Shown piece after piece: positions 16,686 through 26,902 of a DNA stretch of 57,124 nucleotides (position 1 is its first letter; each line of letters begins with the position of its first letter). The notes below the pieces were generated by a model, which saw only the letters and a list, made by a program, of their open reading frames with translations, did not search any database and was not told the DNA's origin. Position numbers and translations under genes: made by a program. This DNA is from Candidatus Omnitrophota bacterium (lineage in GTDB: Bacteria > Omnitrophota > Omnitrophia > Omnitrophales > Danuiimicrobiaceae): positions 1-57,124 of the forward strand of contig JAHFHD010000001.1 of assembly GCA_023247075.1 (NCBI GenBank). The letters are read 5' to 3'.

Positions 16686-17122
16686 AGCGAATCTTGGTGG
16701 TTGGAGTTCTGGTATTGCTCCTTGCGCTTCCGCTTTGTGTCAATCAACTTGTCCTGTGGCGTGTGGCTCAATCCCTTAAAATTTCTTTTCACCGAAATAC
16801 CCGCTCCTTTTTTCCAGGTCGTCTTGATTTTCCAAATGCATCTCTAAGTTGGCGTGACCGCTTGAATGTTCTTTCTGGGCATCTGACGGTAATTTATTCC
16901 ATTCCATTTATTTGGAGTGGAAAAGGCTCTTTTCATCTTAAGGGAGAAAATTTGCGTGTTTCGTTTGGCCACGATCTTGAGTCATTTACTGGAAGCAAAG
17001 AAGTGACGATAAATCATGCAACGGCGACACTTTTACTGACGCGCCCGGGCGAGTTTCATTTAGAAAATCTGTCAATTGATTCTGATACTCTTGGATTTAA
17101 AATGGGAACTAAGAAAATTTAA
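16634..17122 (+). CDS. Membrane-anchored hypothetical protein
   Basis: It has the N-terminal anchor ILVVGVLVLLLALPLCV. An alternative GTG start at 16682 would give a GTGA overlap with the preceding small ORF. It lies immediately upstream of murE. Confidence 0.45.
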   Translation: MDRKSTSYFSAPFVSIVKRILVVGVLVLLLALPLCVNQLVLWRVAQSLKISFHRNTRSFFPGRLDFPNASLSWRDRLNVLSGHLTVIYSIPFIWSGKGSFHLKGENLRVSFGHDLESFTGSKEVTINHATATLLLTRPGEFHLENLSIDSDTLGFKMGTKKI

Positions 17123-17143
17123 TGAAAACGAAAAGTAGAGTTT

Positions 17144-18664
17144 ATGAAATTGCTGGCTGATTTAGTTGCAAAAATTCCGCTGCGAACCATTGACCCCCAA
17201 TTTGCAGAAAAATATGTAAGCGGGATTTCAATTGATTCCCGTACAGTTCAAAAGGGAGACCTTTTTATTGCGCTGAAGGGCCGCGAGTGTGACGGCCTTT
17301 TATTTGTTAAGGAGGCAGTGCATCGGGGGGCTTGCGCTGTTATTTCTGAAACAGGAAATCAGGATTCTCTTAAGCAATCTATTCCCCATCTGAGTGTACC
17401 TAATTCCCGCCAGGCATTTTCGGAAATTGCACAGGCGTTTTACAATTACCCAGCAAGAAAATTGACATTCTCAGGTGTCACAGGAACCAATGGAAAAACA
17501 ACTTCCACTTTTTTAATTCATCACCTTTTGTCGCAGCAGAATCCCTGCGGCCTTGTAGGTTCTATTTCATATTGGGATGGCAAAGAGGAAACAGAATCAC
17601 ATCACACTACCCCAGATGCACTTCATTTAAATCAGCTCTTTGTCCGTATGATTCAAAATCAGGTCACTCATTGTGTGATGGAAGTGTCGTCTCACGGGCT
17701 TGACCAGGAACGAGTGTTTGGAATTCAATTTTCTTCTGCGGTATTCACGAATTTAACTCAAGATCATCTCGACTACCATCACAACATGGAAACTTATTAC
17801 GCTGCGAAAAAGAAATTATTTGTACAGCAGCCCGCTCCCAAACATTCAATCATTAATTTAGACGATGCTTTCGGGCGGCGTCTTGAAAGCGAACTACCGA
17901 AAGATGGCACCGTATGGACTTATGGTTTTGGGGAAGATGTAGATTTTCGCGCAACGAATGTTGAAATTGGATTCAAACAGGTGCGCTTTACACTTGAATT
18001 TGAAAGTAGGGATTATTTAGTAGAAGCAAACCTTGGTCTTGGATTTAATGTGTACAATATTCTAGGCAGTCTTGCAGCTGTTTATTCAATGGGAGTTCCG
18101 CTTGAGGAGGCGCTTGCGCGTCTCAAAAGTTTTCAGGGAGTTCGCGGCCGCCTCGAACGGGTTTCGGAGGCGCGTGGAATCTCTGTTTTTGTTGATTATG
18201 CACATACACCTGATGCGATGGAACGCGTACTTTCCTCAATGCGCAAATTGACAAACAAACGTATTTTGTCCGTATTTGGCTGTGGCGGTGAGCGTGACCG
18301 GGACAAAAGACCAAAGATGGCAAAAATCGCTTGTCAATACTCGGACATTGTGCTGGTGACAACTGACAACCCGAGAAGAGAAAGTCAGGGCCAAATCTTC
18401 TCAGACATTTTTAAGGGAATCGACACAAATACCACTTCTGCGGAAGTGTTGAGAATTGAAGACCGAGCTGAAGCCATTGAGTGTGCGCTTCAAATTGCAC
18501 AATTTGGTGACATTGTTTTAATTTTTGGAAAGGGCCATGAAGCATACCAAATCATTGGGAATGAAAAGAAAGATTTTAGCGACCAGGAAGTGGTTCGAGC
18601 TTTTGAGAGGAAAAAATGTTTAGTCTCAGGGAAATTGCGGAGCTTTGCGACGGGAAGATTGTAG
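17144..18664 (+). CDS. murE: UDP-N-acetylmuramoyl-L-alanyl-D-glutamate--2,6-diaminopimelate ligase
   Basis: Motifs are GVTGTNGKTTSTF, FTNLTQDHLDYH, DYAHTPDA and the DNPR motif (VTTDNPRRE), which suggests DAP-type specificity. Confidence 0.93.
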   Translation: MKLLADLVAKIPLRTIDPQFAEKYVSGISIDSRTVQKGDLFIALKGRECDGLLFVKEAVHRGACAVISETGNQDSLKQSIPHLSVPNSRQAFSEIAQAFYNYPARKLTFSGVTGTNGKTTSTFLIHHLLSQQNPCGLVGSISYWDGKEETESHHTTPDALHLNQLFVRMIQNQVTHCVMEVSSHGLDQERVFGIQFSSAVFTNLTQDHLDYHHNMETYYAAKKKLFVQQPAPKHSIINLDDAFGRRLESELPKDGTVWTYGFGEDVDFRATNVEIGFKQVRFTLEFESRDYLVEANLGLGFNVYNILGSLAAVYSMGVPLEEALARLKSFQGVRGRLERVSEARGISVFVDYAHTPDAMERVLSSMRKLTNKRILSVFGCGGERDRDKRPKMAKIACQYSDIVLVTTDNPRRESQGQIFSDIFKGIDTNTTSAEVLRIEDRAEAIECALQIAQFGDIVLIFGKGHEAYQIIGNEKKDFSDQEVVRAFERKKCLVSGKLRSFATGRL

Positions 18665-19995
18665 CAAAAGATTCTGATGTTTTGTTGACAGGTTTTGCAA
18701 TTGACAGCCGTGAAGTGCGTGCTGGCGATTTATTTGTTGCTTTTCAAGGGGCACATGTTGACGGGCATGATTTCATCCATGTGGCATTTAGAAATGGTGC
18801 AAGAGCAGCCCTTGTCGAACATGAAATTCCCGGTGTTTTCCCGCTGGTTGTGGTGCCTCATGTTTTGACTGCTTTACAAAATCTTGCTCGAACTCACCGA
18901 AAAAGTTTTAACCTGCCTGTTGTTTGTGTGACGGGTAGTTGTGGAAAAACAACTACGAAAGAATGCTTGGGTATTGCTTTATCAAGGGCATTTCGAGTCC
19001 GCACTGGATTTCGCAATTGGAACAATGAACTTGGTGTTCCGTTAAATCTACTGAATCTGAAGCGAGATGATGAATGTCTCGTGCTTGAACTTGGTGCTGG
19101 TAAGGCTGGTGACATTGCTTTTCTTGCGGATTTGGCAAAGCCGAATGTGGGCGTGCTCACGGGTGTTCATCCGGTTCATCTGAATGGTTTTTCAAATTTG
19201 GATGGAGTGTATGAGGGCAAGCTTGAACTTGCCGATGAAGTGAATCGAAATGGCGGCATGATGATTGTGAATGGAGATGATCCTGAGCTTGTGAACCGAA
19301 TGAAACTCAGAGGCGGTACTTTTTTGACTTATGGAAAAAATAAATCCTGTAATTTCTTTCTCTCGAACTTATTAATTGAAGATGGTGTCATTTCTTTTCA
19401 GGTCAATCAAAAACATTGTTTTCGTCTGCGCGGTTACGGCGAGTTTAATGCCATGAACGCATTGGCCGCGATTGCGGCGGCAGCTTATTATAAAATTGAT
19501 TTGGATGAGTTAAGCAAACTTTGGTGCGCACTTCCCACAATCGAGAAGCGCTTCCAGAGAACCTTGTTGCATGGTTTTGATATTGAGCTCATTGATGATT
19601 CGTACAATGCCAATCCTTATTCCGTTCAGGAAGCTTTTTCTTCTTTCTTAAATGTGTCCCGTGGTCGCAGGAGAATTGTGGTGTTTGGCGACATGCTTGA
19701 GTTGGGCACGGATTCACTACGCTACCATGAGGACGTAGGAAGGATGATTGCGAAGTCTGATGTAACGATGCTCATTGGTGTGGGGGAGATGGCAGCTCAC
19801 GCAGTAACGATTTACCAAAACAGTGTGTCAGAAAGTTCTGGAATTCAAGTCATGTCTGTTCGGGAAGCGGCTTCGGTTCTGCTTCCTCAACTTTTAGCAG
19901 GAGATTCTGTTTTAATCAAGGGGTCGCATGGAACACATTTATTTGAATTGAAATCTTTATTAGAAAAGGGAATAGTTGCGCCTGCCGCAATTTAA
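18616..19995 (+). CDS. murF: UDP-N-acetylmuramoyl-tripeptide--D-alanyl-D-alanine ligase
   Basis: Motifs are VTGSCGKTTTKE, IDDSYNANP and FGDMLELG. Its position in the dcw order fits. Confidence 0.92.
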   Translation: MFSLREIAELCDGKIVAKDSDVLLTGFAIDSREVRAGDLFVAFQGAHVDGHDFIHVAFRNGARAALVEHEIPGVFPLVVVPHVLTALQNLARTHRKSFNLPVVCVTGSCGKTTTKECLGIALSRAFRVRTGFRNWNNELGVPLNLLNLKRDDECLVLELGAGKAGDIAFLADLAKPNVGVLTGVHPVHLNGFSNLDGVYEGKLELADEVNRNGGMMIVNGDDPELVNRMKLRGGTFLTYGKNKSCNFFLSNLLIEDGVISFQVNQKHCFRLRGYGEFNAMNALAAIAAAAYYKIDLDELSKLWCALPTIEKRFQRTLLHGFDIELIDDSYNANPYSVQEAFSSFLNVSRGRRRIVVFGDMLELGTDSLRYHEDVGRMIAKSDVTMLIGVGEMAAHAVTIYQNSVSESSGIQVMSVREAASVLLPQLLAGDSVLIKGSHGTHLFELKSLLEKGIVAPAAI

Positions 19996-20009
19996 TTTAG
20001 TTCAATTTT

Positions 20010-21098
20010 ATGTTTTACCACTTTCTTTTTCCACTCCGCGAGCAATGGTTTTTTTTCAATCTCTTCAAGTACATCACACTTCGGACGGTTGGTGCAAGCG
20101 TGACTGCATTTCTCGTATGTGTTGTGCTAGGCCCATGGATTACCAAGCTGCTCAGCCGGCTTGATGCTCGCACCCATGTTTCGCGGGAGCATGCGAGCCA
20201 GATTCACACATTTTATGCCGCAAAAAAAACAGTTCCAACCATGGGCGGAGTACTCATTCTCTTAAGTCTTGTGTCATCTAATTTGCTTTGGGGGAATTTA
20301 AGCAGCCGGTATTTGTGGTGGCCGCTTGGTGTGGTGGTGTGGTTTGGTGCCATTGGATTTGTTGATGACTGGATGAAGCTCAAGTCGGCAAGTTCACGTG
20401 GCCTTTCAGGACGAATCAAGTTTTTTGGACAATTGATTTTGGGAGTAGTGGTTGGAGGATGTCTTTATTTGGACCCTGAGTTTTCAAAGAATCTTTATGT
20501 GCCATTTTTTAAAAACACAGTCATTACTCTCGGAATATGGTTTGTTCCATTTGTGGTTTTGGTACTTTCCGGAAGTTCAAACGCGTTGAATTTGACCGAC
20601 GGCCTTGACGGGCTCGCGGTTGGTTGCCTTTCCTTCGCTGCTGGTGCTTTTTCAATTCTTTCATATATTGCAGGCCGTTCAGACTTTGCGTTTTATCTTG
20701 GCATGCCGCATATTTCAGGCGCAGGGGAATTAACGGTTTTTTGCGCATCACTGGTTGGCGCTTCAATCGGATTTCTTTGGTACAACGCCTACCCTGCAAC
20801 CATTATGATGGGGGACACTGGGTCGCTTTCGCTCGGCGGCGCTCTTGGATTCGTTGCAATTATGATTAAGAATGAGTTGACGCTTTTAATTGTGGGCGGA
20901 GTTTTTGTTTGGGAAGCTTGTTCCGTGATGATTCAGGTTGTGTCGTTCCGTTTGTTCAAACGGCGGGTTTTTTTAATGTCACCGTTCCATCACCATCTTC
21001 AATTAAAAGGATGGCCGGAATCAAAGGTAACTATTCGATTGTGGATTGTGGCGTTTATTCTCGCGTTAATTGGGCTCGGAACCATTAAGTTGAGGTAA
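20010..21098 (+). CDS. mraY: Phospho-N-acetylmuramoyl-pentapeptide transferase
   Basis: This polytopic membrane protein has GFVDDWMKL, NALNLTDGLDGLA, MGDTGSLSLGG and PFHHHL. Confidence 0.95.
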   Translation: MFYHFLFPLREQWFFFNLFKYITLRTVGASVTAFLVCVVLGPWITKLLSRLDARTHVSREHASQIHTFYAAKKTVPTMGGVLILLSLVSSNLLWGNLSSRYLWWPLGVVVWFGAIGFVDDWMKLKSASSRGLSGRIKFFGQLILGVVVGGCLYLDPEFSKNLYVPFFKNTVITLGIWFVPFVVLVLSGSSNALNLTDGLDGLAVGCLSFAAGAFSILSYIAGRSDFAFYLGMPHISGAGELTVFCASLVGASIGFLWYNAYPATIMMGDTGSLSLGGALGFVAIMIKNELTLLIVGGVFVWEACSVMIQVVSFRLFKRRVFLMSPFHHHLQLKGWPESKVTIRLWIVAFILALIGLGTIKLR

Positions 21099-21104
21099 TT
21101 AATT

Positions 21105-22382
21105 GTGGAGTTGAAAGGTAAAAACGTTACGGTTTTGGGTGCAGGTGAAAGCGGACTTTCAAGTGTGCGGCTGCTTGTGTCGAAAGGCGCTCATGTGTTT
21201 CTAAGTGAATTTCAGGATGCGAAGAAATTTAATGAGGAGGTGAATAGTCTTAAGGAAATGGGGATTGATTTTGAATTTGGTGGACATGATTTAAATCAAA
21301 TTAAGAAATCGGATTTGATTGTCATCTCGCCAGGCATTCCACCCAGTTCAATTGTCCACCAAGAAATTTTGAAAGAAAATTTACCTGTTTGGAGCGAGAT
21401 TGAACTTGCCTACCAATTTGTCAAAGATCATCCAATTATTGCGATTACTGGAACCAATGGTAAGACGACAGTGACAACGCTTGTGAAAAATGTTTTGACT
21501 CAAGCAGGCAAGCGCGTGGCGTGTTGCGGAAACATTGGAAATTCGCTTGCCCGCGAAGTGGAGCATATTGAGCCAGGAGCAGTCATTGTTTTGGAGATTA
21601 GCTCATTTCAATTGTTTCATACGATTCAATTCCATCCTTCTATGGGTGTTCTTCTTAATTTGAGCGTGAATCACTTAGATTGGCATCCAACCTTTGAACA
21701 TTATGCTGCCTGTAAACTTAATTTATTCAAGAATCAAACATCATCTGAAGTAGCAGTTTTAAACGGCTCTGATTTGGAAGTGATGAAGCTCGCGCCGCAA
21801 ATTCATTCCCAGAAGTTTTATTTTGGAATGGAAAGTGAATGTGACAATCCCAATTTTTCAGCGGTGCGAATGGTGGCGGAAAGAATGGGTGTTGACCCCG
21901 ATTTAACCAATTCCGTTCTGTCATCTTTCTGCGGGATTGAGCATCGCTTAGAAGATGTAGGATTCGTTCGTAATATTCGATTTATTAATGACTCAAAATC
22001 AACCACGATTGCTTCGCTTAAGTGGGCGCTTGAACGGATGCCTGAGGGCGTTGTGTTGATTGTAGGTGGGCGTCACAAAGGCGGGGATTTCAGCGTGTTG
22101 CGTGACGTGATGAAAAAAAAGGCAAGTGCATTAATTGCAATTGGTGAATGTAAAGATAAATTGATGGAGACATTTAAAAATGACATTCCCGTCTCCGCCG
22201 CAGCAAGTCTTAACGATGCAATTTCTGAGGCGTATGAATTGCAAGGGTCTTCTAAAACCGTTTTGTTTTCGCCGGCATGTGCCAGTTTTGATATGTTTCG
22301 CAATTATGAGGACCGAGGCCACAAGTTTAAGGCTTTGGTTGACGACTTAAGACTTCATCATCTTCCGCCAGTTTTGCTGTGA
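21105..22382 (+). CDS. murD: UDP-N-acetylmuramoylalanine--D-glutamate ligase
   Basis: Motifs are VLGAGESG, ITGTNGKTTV, FINDSKSTT and FSPACASFDMF. The start is a GTG. Confidence 0.92.
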   Translation: MELKGKNVTVLGAGESGLSSVRLLVSKGAHVFLSEFQDAKKFNEEVNSLKEMGIDFEFGGHDLNQIKKSDLIVISPGIPPSSIVHQEILKENLPVWSEIELAYQFVKDHPIIAITGTNGKTTVTTLVKNVLTQAGKRVACCGNIGNSLAREVEHIEPGAVIVLEISSFQLFHTIQFHPSMGVLLNLSVNHLDWHPTFEHYAACKLNLFKNQTSSEVAVLNGSDLEVMKLAPQIHSQKFYFGMESECDNPNFSAVRMVAERMGVDPDLTNSVLSSFCGIEHRLEDVGFVRNIRFINDSKSTTIASLKWALERMPEGVVLIVGGRHKGGDFSVLRDVMKKKASALIAIGECKDKLMETFKNDIPVSAAASLNDAISEAYELQGSSKTVLFSPACASFDMFRNYEDRGHKFKALVDDLRLHHLPPVLL

Positions 22383-23482
22383 CCCAAAATTCTAAAGCGC
22401 TTGTTCTTGTCATGTACACCCTGATTGCAATTGGGGTCATCATGATTTACAGCGCAAGCGCGGTCTATGCATCCACTTATTATCAAAGCCCTGCTCATTT
22501 TCTCTGGCGGCATCTAATTTCTGTCCTGATTGGCTCGATTGCGTTCCTATTTTTTATGAGTGTGGACCCAAATTTACTCAGGAAATATTCCCGCTTTCTA
22601 ATCACCATTTCTATTTTCATGCTCATACTCGTATTCGTTCCATTTATTGGTCGAAGCGCAGGGGGAGCAAGAAGATGGGTTCAACTCGCTTTTTTAAACT
22701 TTCAGCCCGTGGAATATGCGAAGCTTGCTTTGTGTGTTTACCTTTCTGACTATTTAGCAAGAAAGCAGGTAGTGATTTCAAGTGGGTCTATTTTTATTTT
22801 TCTGGCGCCGTTCGCTATTTGCGCTGCCATGGGGCTTCTCACGCTGGCTCAGCCGGATCTTGGTTCCTGCGCATTTATGATGTCTATGGCAGCACTTCTT
22901 TTTTTTCTTGCCGGCATTCGTCCAGTTTTTGTTATTGCGGCTGCCATAATGGCGGTAAGCGCGCTTGTGTTCTTAATTATGGCCGCTCCCTACCGAATGA
23001 GTCGAATTGCCGCTTATTTAAATCCGTGGAGCGACCCGCAGGGCAGTGGATTTCAAATCATTCAATCATTTTTGGCGTTTGGACTTGGAGGCATTCAAGG
23101 TGCGGGGCTAGGACAAAGCACGCAAAAATTATTTTATCTTCCCCAAAGCCACACCGATTTTATTTTTTCAATTATTGGTGAGGAATTGGGTTTACTAGGT
23201 TCGTGCACGGTTGTGGCGCTTTACGGTTTTTTTTTCTTTTTCGGAATGAAAATTGTTGAAAACTTGCGTGAAACATTTTCAAAATTACTCGCTACATCTC
23301 TTGTTTTTTTAATCACACTTCAGGCACTTTTGAATTTGCTTGTGGCTGTTGGGCTTATTCCGACCAAGGGTCTCCCGCTTCCATTTATTAGTTATGGGGG
23401 TTCTGCACTTGTGCTGCACATGGCTTCGGTAGGTCTTTTAATCTCTTTAGACCGGGGAGCAAGCCAACATTACTCTGGTTGA
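22379..23482 (+). CDS. ftsW: SEDS-family peptidoglycan polymerase FtsW
   Basis: It is a multi-TM SEDS protein (QPVEYAKL, LPQSHTDFIFSIIGEELG, PFISYGGSA). It lies between murD and murG. Confidence 0.88.
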   Translation: MTQNSKALVLVMYTLIAIGVIMIYSASAVYASTYYQSPAHFLWRHLISVLIGSIAFLFFMSVDPNLLRKYSRFLITISIFMLILVFVPFIGRSAGGARRWVQLAFLNFQPVEYAKLALCVYLSDYLARKQVVISSGSIFIFLAPFAICAAMGLLTLAQPDLGSCAFMMSMAALLFFLAGIRPVFVIAAAIMAVSALVFLIMAAPYRMSRIAAYLNPWSDPQGSGFQIIQSFLAFGLGGIQGAGLGQSTQKLFYLPQSHTDFIFSIIGEELGLLGSCTVVALYGFFFFFGMKIVENLRETFSKLLATSLVFLITLQALLNLLVAVGLIPTKGLPLPFISYGGSALVLHMASVGLLISLDRGASQHYSG

Positions 23483-23491
23483 GCCGAAAAA

Positions 23492-24616
23492 ATGAAAAAG
23501 GTACTTCTTTGCGCAGGCAGAACTGGCGGTCATTTTTTCCCCGCATTAGCACTTGCTCAAGCGATGCTGCGCCCAGCCTCAGATTTTGAGATTCATTTGA
23601 TTGTTGAGCGGCAAGATTTGCCATTTTTAAAATCGCGCACAGTAGATGACAGTCGCCTGCATGTTCATACAATTCCCGTTCCATCCCTTGCAAAGCTCAA
23701 ATCATGGGAATTTCCGATTCGCTTATTTCATTATGTTGCGGCATTACTTCAATCAGTAGCATTATTTATTCGTCTCAAGCCCTCTTTGATGGTTGCTTTT
23801 GGAAGTTACAGTTCCGTGCCAGAGGTTTTGGCCGCTTCTTTTTTAAAAGTTCCAATTCTGCTACATGAGCAAAATGCAGTTCCAGGCCAGGCAAACCAGT
23901 TTCTTTCCTACTGGGCGGACAGGGTAGCAGTTAGTTTTAAAGAAACGCTCGGCTGGTTTTCGCTTGAGAAGGTGTTTTGGAGTGGTTTTCCAGTTCGGAG
24001 GGAGTTTTTGGAACATGAAGTTTTAAAGAATATTCATGGGTCTGGGGGCGCTGGGAATGTCGAGACAGCAACCCCTAAACGTTTCAAAATTTTAGTGGTA
24101 GGCGGTTCTCAAGGAGCACATCATCTCAATACGTCTGTGCTTCATGTTTTTAAGCGTCTGAGTGATGAGGAAAGACAAAAATTTGCCGTTACTCATGTCA
24201 CAGGTCAAAGTGATTTTAACGAAGTGCAGATTTCCTATTTAAAGTTAGGGATGGATTGTGTAACATACCCATTTTTAGGAGACATTGCGCAAGAGTTTAA
24301 AAATTCAGACTTGGTGATTGCCCGTGCTGGTGCGGGAACCATATCTGAACTAGCGGCATGCGGCCGAGCGGCGATTTTGATTCCATACCCGCATGCCCGA
24401 GCACATCAAAAGGCCAACGCATTTGTTTTAAGTGAGGCAAAAGCCGCTCGGGTTATTGACGAAGAAAAATTAACGGCCGAAGTTTTGTGGCAGGAAATTA
24501 AAACGCTCGCAGAAAATCGACCAGCGCGGGAAATTTTAGAACAAAGAATCAAATCGTTTTTTAATCTAAATGCCTGCGAACTGATGTTAACTGAAGGGAT
24601 GAAAATTGTGCGATGA
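23492..24616 (+). CDS. murG: UDP-N-acetylglucosamine--N-acetylmuramyl-(pentapeptide) pyrophosphoryl-undecaprenol GlcNAc transferase
   Basis: Motifs are AGRTGGHFFPALALA, LHEQNAVPG, GGSQGA and RAGAGTISELA. Confidence 0.92.
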   Translation: MKKVLLCAGRTGGHFFPALALAQAMLRPASDFEIHLIVERQDLPFLKSRTVDDSRLHVHTIPVPSLAKLKSWEFPIRLFHYVAALLQSVALFIRLKPSLMVAFGSYSSVPEVLAASFLKVPILLHEQNAVPGQANQFLSYWADRVAVSFKETLGWFSLEKVFWSGFPVRREFLEHEVLKNIHGSGGAGNVETATPKRFKILVVGGSQGAHHLNTSVLHVFKRLSDEERQKFAVTHVTGQSDFNEVQISYLKLGMDCVTYPFLGDIAQEFKNSDLVIARAGAGTISELAACGRAAILIPYPHARAHQKANAFVLSEAKAARVIDEEKLTAEVLWQEIKTLAENRPAREILEQRIKSFFNLNACELMLTEGMKIVR

Positions 24617-26013
24617 ACAAAGCAAGTGAAATGATTCAAAAGGGCAGGTGTGGTTATTTTATTGGAATTGGCGGAATGGGAATGAGCGCACTTGCTCAGG
24701 TGTGTGCGAGCAAGGGGATTCGGGTTTTTGGCTCAGACCAGCAACTCGGGGCGATTTCAAAAAAATTTGAGGAAGTTAAAATTTCAGTTCAGATTGGACA
24801 TTCCGGTTACTTTGCGGAAAGACCTGATTTTATTGTTTATTCGTCTGCAATTTCTGCCACCAATCCAGATATTCTCGAAGCTCGCCGACTTGGAATTCCA
24901 ATGTACCACCGGGCAGAAGCACTTGCCGCAGTCATTGGAAATGACACATTGATTTCTGTTCTGGGTGCGCATGGGAAAAGCACGTCAAGTGCGCTTGCCA
25001 GTTTTTTGCTTTGGGAAAGTGGTTTCGAGCCAACCTGTCTTGTGGGTGCTCATATGCTCAATTTTGGAAATAATGCAGTGATTGGCCAACCGGATTTGTT
25101 TGTGGCCGAAATTGATGAGAGCGACCGGAGCCATCTTCAGTTTTCACCGATATTTGCGCTCATTACCAATCTAGATGCGGAACATTTGGATGTGTATCAA
25201 GGGCTTGATGATTTAAAAACTACGTTTGGTTTATTTGCAGGAAAGGTAAAGCAAGCGGGAAAAATAATTTATTGCTTGGACGACCCAAATCTAACCGAAG
25301 TAATGGCCCCATATGGAGAGCAAACGGTGAGCTATGGATTTCAAAAGGAAGCAGATTTTTGGGCAACAGAACCAGAGTTTGAAGGACTAGAGTCGAGCTT
25401 CACATTTTTTGAACGAGGTGTACGTGTTGGAGAAGTCAAGTTAAGCATTCCCGGGCTTCACAATATTTCAAATGCACTGGGTGTGATTGCACTCATTCGC
25501 AGCTACGGAGTTCCGTACGAACGTTTTTTGCATCGAATGGCGGCGTTTCAGGGTGTGGGAAGACGTCTTCAAGTAAAGTGGTCTGAGCCGGAACTTTTGA
25601 TTATTGATGACTATGCTCATCATCCGACTGAAATTAGGGCGAGTCTCAGTGCCATCAAAGGACTTCGAAAGAAAACAACCGTTGTGTTTCAGCCGCACCG
25701 TTACTCACGAACCGAAATGCTTGCACGGGAATTTTCAGAAGCTTTTGATGATGCCGACAAAGTTTTTTTGACCGACATTTATGGCGCTTCAGAAATTAAT
25801 TCCCGGCAAGTTTCTTCAGCACTCATTTATGACCTTGTCCAAAATAGAGGAAGTAAAAGGATGCAACTTGTCCCGAAGCAAGATATTATTTCTACTCTTG
25901 AGAGCTCTCTAACAGAAAGTGAAACCGTGCTTTTTATGGGAGCAGGAGACATTGGAGCAATCGCAAATGCATTTGCAGCCCGACACGAAAAGGTTCCTTC
26001 GCACGAATGTTAG
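24613..26013 (+). CDS. murC: UDP-N-acetylmuramate--L-alanine ligase
   Basis: Motifs are FIGIGGMGMSALA, GAHGKSTSS, IDDYAHHPTE and QPHRYSRT. Confidence 0.93.
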   Translation: MNKASEMIQKGRCGYFIGIGGMGMSALAQVCASKGIRVFGSDQQLGAISKKFEEVKISVQIGHSGYFAERPDFIVYSSAISATNPDILEARRLGIPMYHRAEALAAVIGNDTLISVLGAHGKSTSSALASFLLWESGFEPTCLVGAHMLNFGNNAVIGQPDLFVAEIDESDRSHLQFSPIFALITNLDAEHLDVYQGLDDLKTTFGLFAGKVKQAGKIIYCLDDPNLTEVMAPYGEQTVSYGFQKEADFWATEPEFEGLESSFTFFERGVRVGEVKLSIPGLHNISNALGVIALIRSYGVPYERFLHRMAAFQGVGRRLQVKWSEPELLIIDDYAHHPTEIRASLSAIKGLRKKTTVVFQPHRYSRTEMLAREFSEAFDDADKVFLTDIYGASEINSRQVSSALIYDLVQNRGSKRMQLVPKQDIISTLESSLTESETVLFMGAGDIGAIANAFAARHEKVPSHEC

Positions 26014-26902
26014 TTTAGCACCTTATTCCACCCTCAAGGTTGGCGGTCCCGCCAGTTATTTTGCTGAACCCAAGTCGCGTGACGAATTAGCTTCTGTGGC
26101 TCACTTTGTCCAACAGGAAGGATTGCTGTGCTTTGTGTTGGGTCGCGGTTCCAATACTTTGTTTGATGACCAAGGTTTTCATGGTTGCGTCATTCACACG
26201 AGGAAATTGGAGCCAGATTTATTTTTGAGTGAAAACAAAAGTCTCATAAAGGTGTCGGCGGGAATGGGGCTTTTTCGTTTGAGTTGGCTCTGCCAATCTA
26301 AAGGATTTGGCGGCATTGAGTTTTTGTGTCATGTCCCTGGAACGGTTGGAGGTGCGATTGCGATGAATGCCGGATTTGCGCGGCCAGGTTGTGCTTGGCG
26401 AGAAATGAAAAATGTTGTAAAGTCCGTCACCATAATGGATTTAAGCGGTGTGACGCAAAAATTAAATTGTGATGAGCTTGGATTTAGTTACCGAGAGTCA
26501 CATTTAAAGCCAGGTCAAATTGTTTTGGATGTTGAGTTAGAGCTAGAGTTAAATGACCCAGAAATTATTAAGCAAGAAATCACTGAAAATTTTAAATACA
26601 GAAATTCGGTTCAAGATTTGAGTTTGCCAAGTTTGGGTTCTACGTTTAAGAATCCAACTCAATCAAAACAAACCAGCGGGCAATTGCTTGATCTTGTGGG
26701 AATGCGGGGTATGAGGCGAGGTGGGGCAATGGTGTCAAACCGCCACGCAAATTTTATTATGAATGTCGATCAAGCAAAAGCGCGCGATGTGCTCGACTTG
26801 ATGCAGATTGCTCAGACGCGTGTATTTGAGAAATTTGGAATTAAACTCATGCCTGAAATCAAACACATTTTTCCTTTAGGGCAGGAGTCAATTGAAAAGT
26901 AA
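25967..26902 (+). CDS. murB: UDP-N-acetylenolpyruvoylglucosamine reductase
   Basis: Motifs are YSTLKVGGPA, LGRGSNTLF, PGTVGGAIAMNAG and GSTFKNP. I preferred the ATG at 25967 to the track's GTG at 25919; either start overlaps the murC 3' end. Confidence 0.9.
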   Translation: MHLQPDTKRFLRTNVSLAPYSTLKVGGPASYFAEPKSRDELASVAHFVQQEGLLCFVLGRGSNTLFDDQGFHGCVIHTRKLEPDLFLSENKSLIKVSAGMGLFRLSWLCQSKGFGGIEFLCHVPGTVGGAIAMNAGFARPGCAWREMKNVVKSVTIMDLSGVTQKLNCDELGFSYRESHLKPGQIVLDVELELELNDPEIIKQEITENFKYRNSVQDLSLPSLGSTFKNPTQSKQTSGQLLDLVGMRGMRRGGAMVSNRHANFIMNVDQAKARDVLDLMQIAQTRVFEKFGIKLMPEIKHIFPLGQESIEK

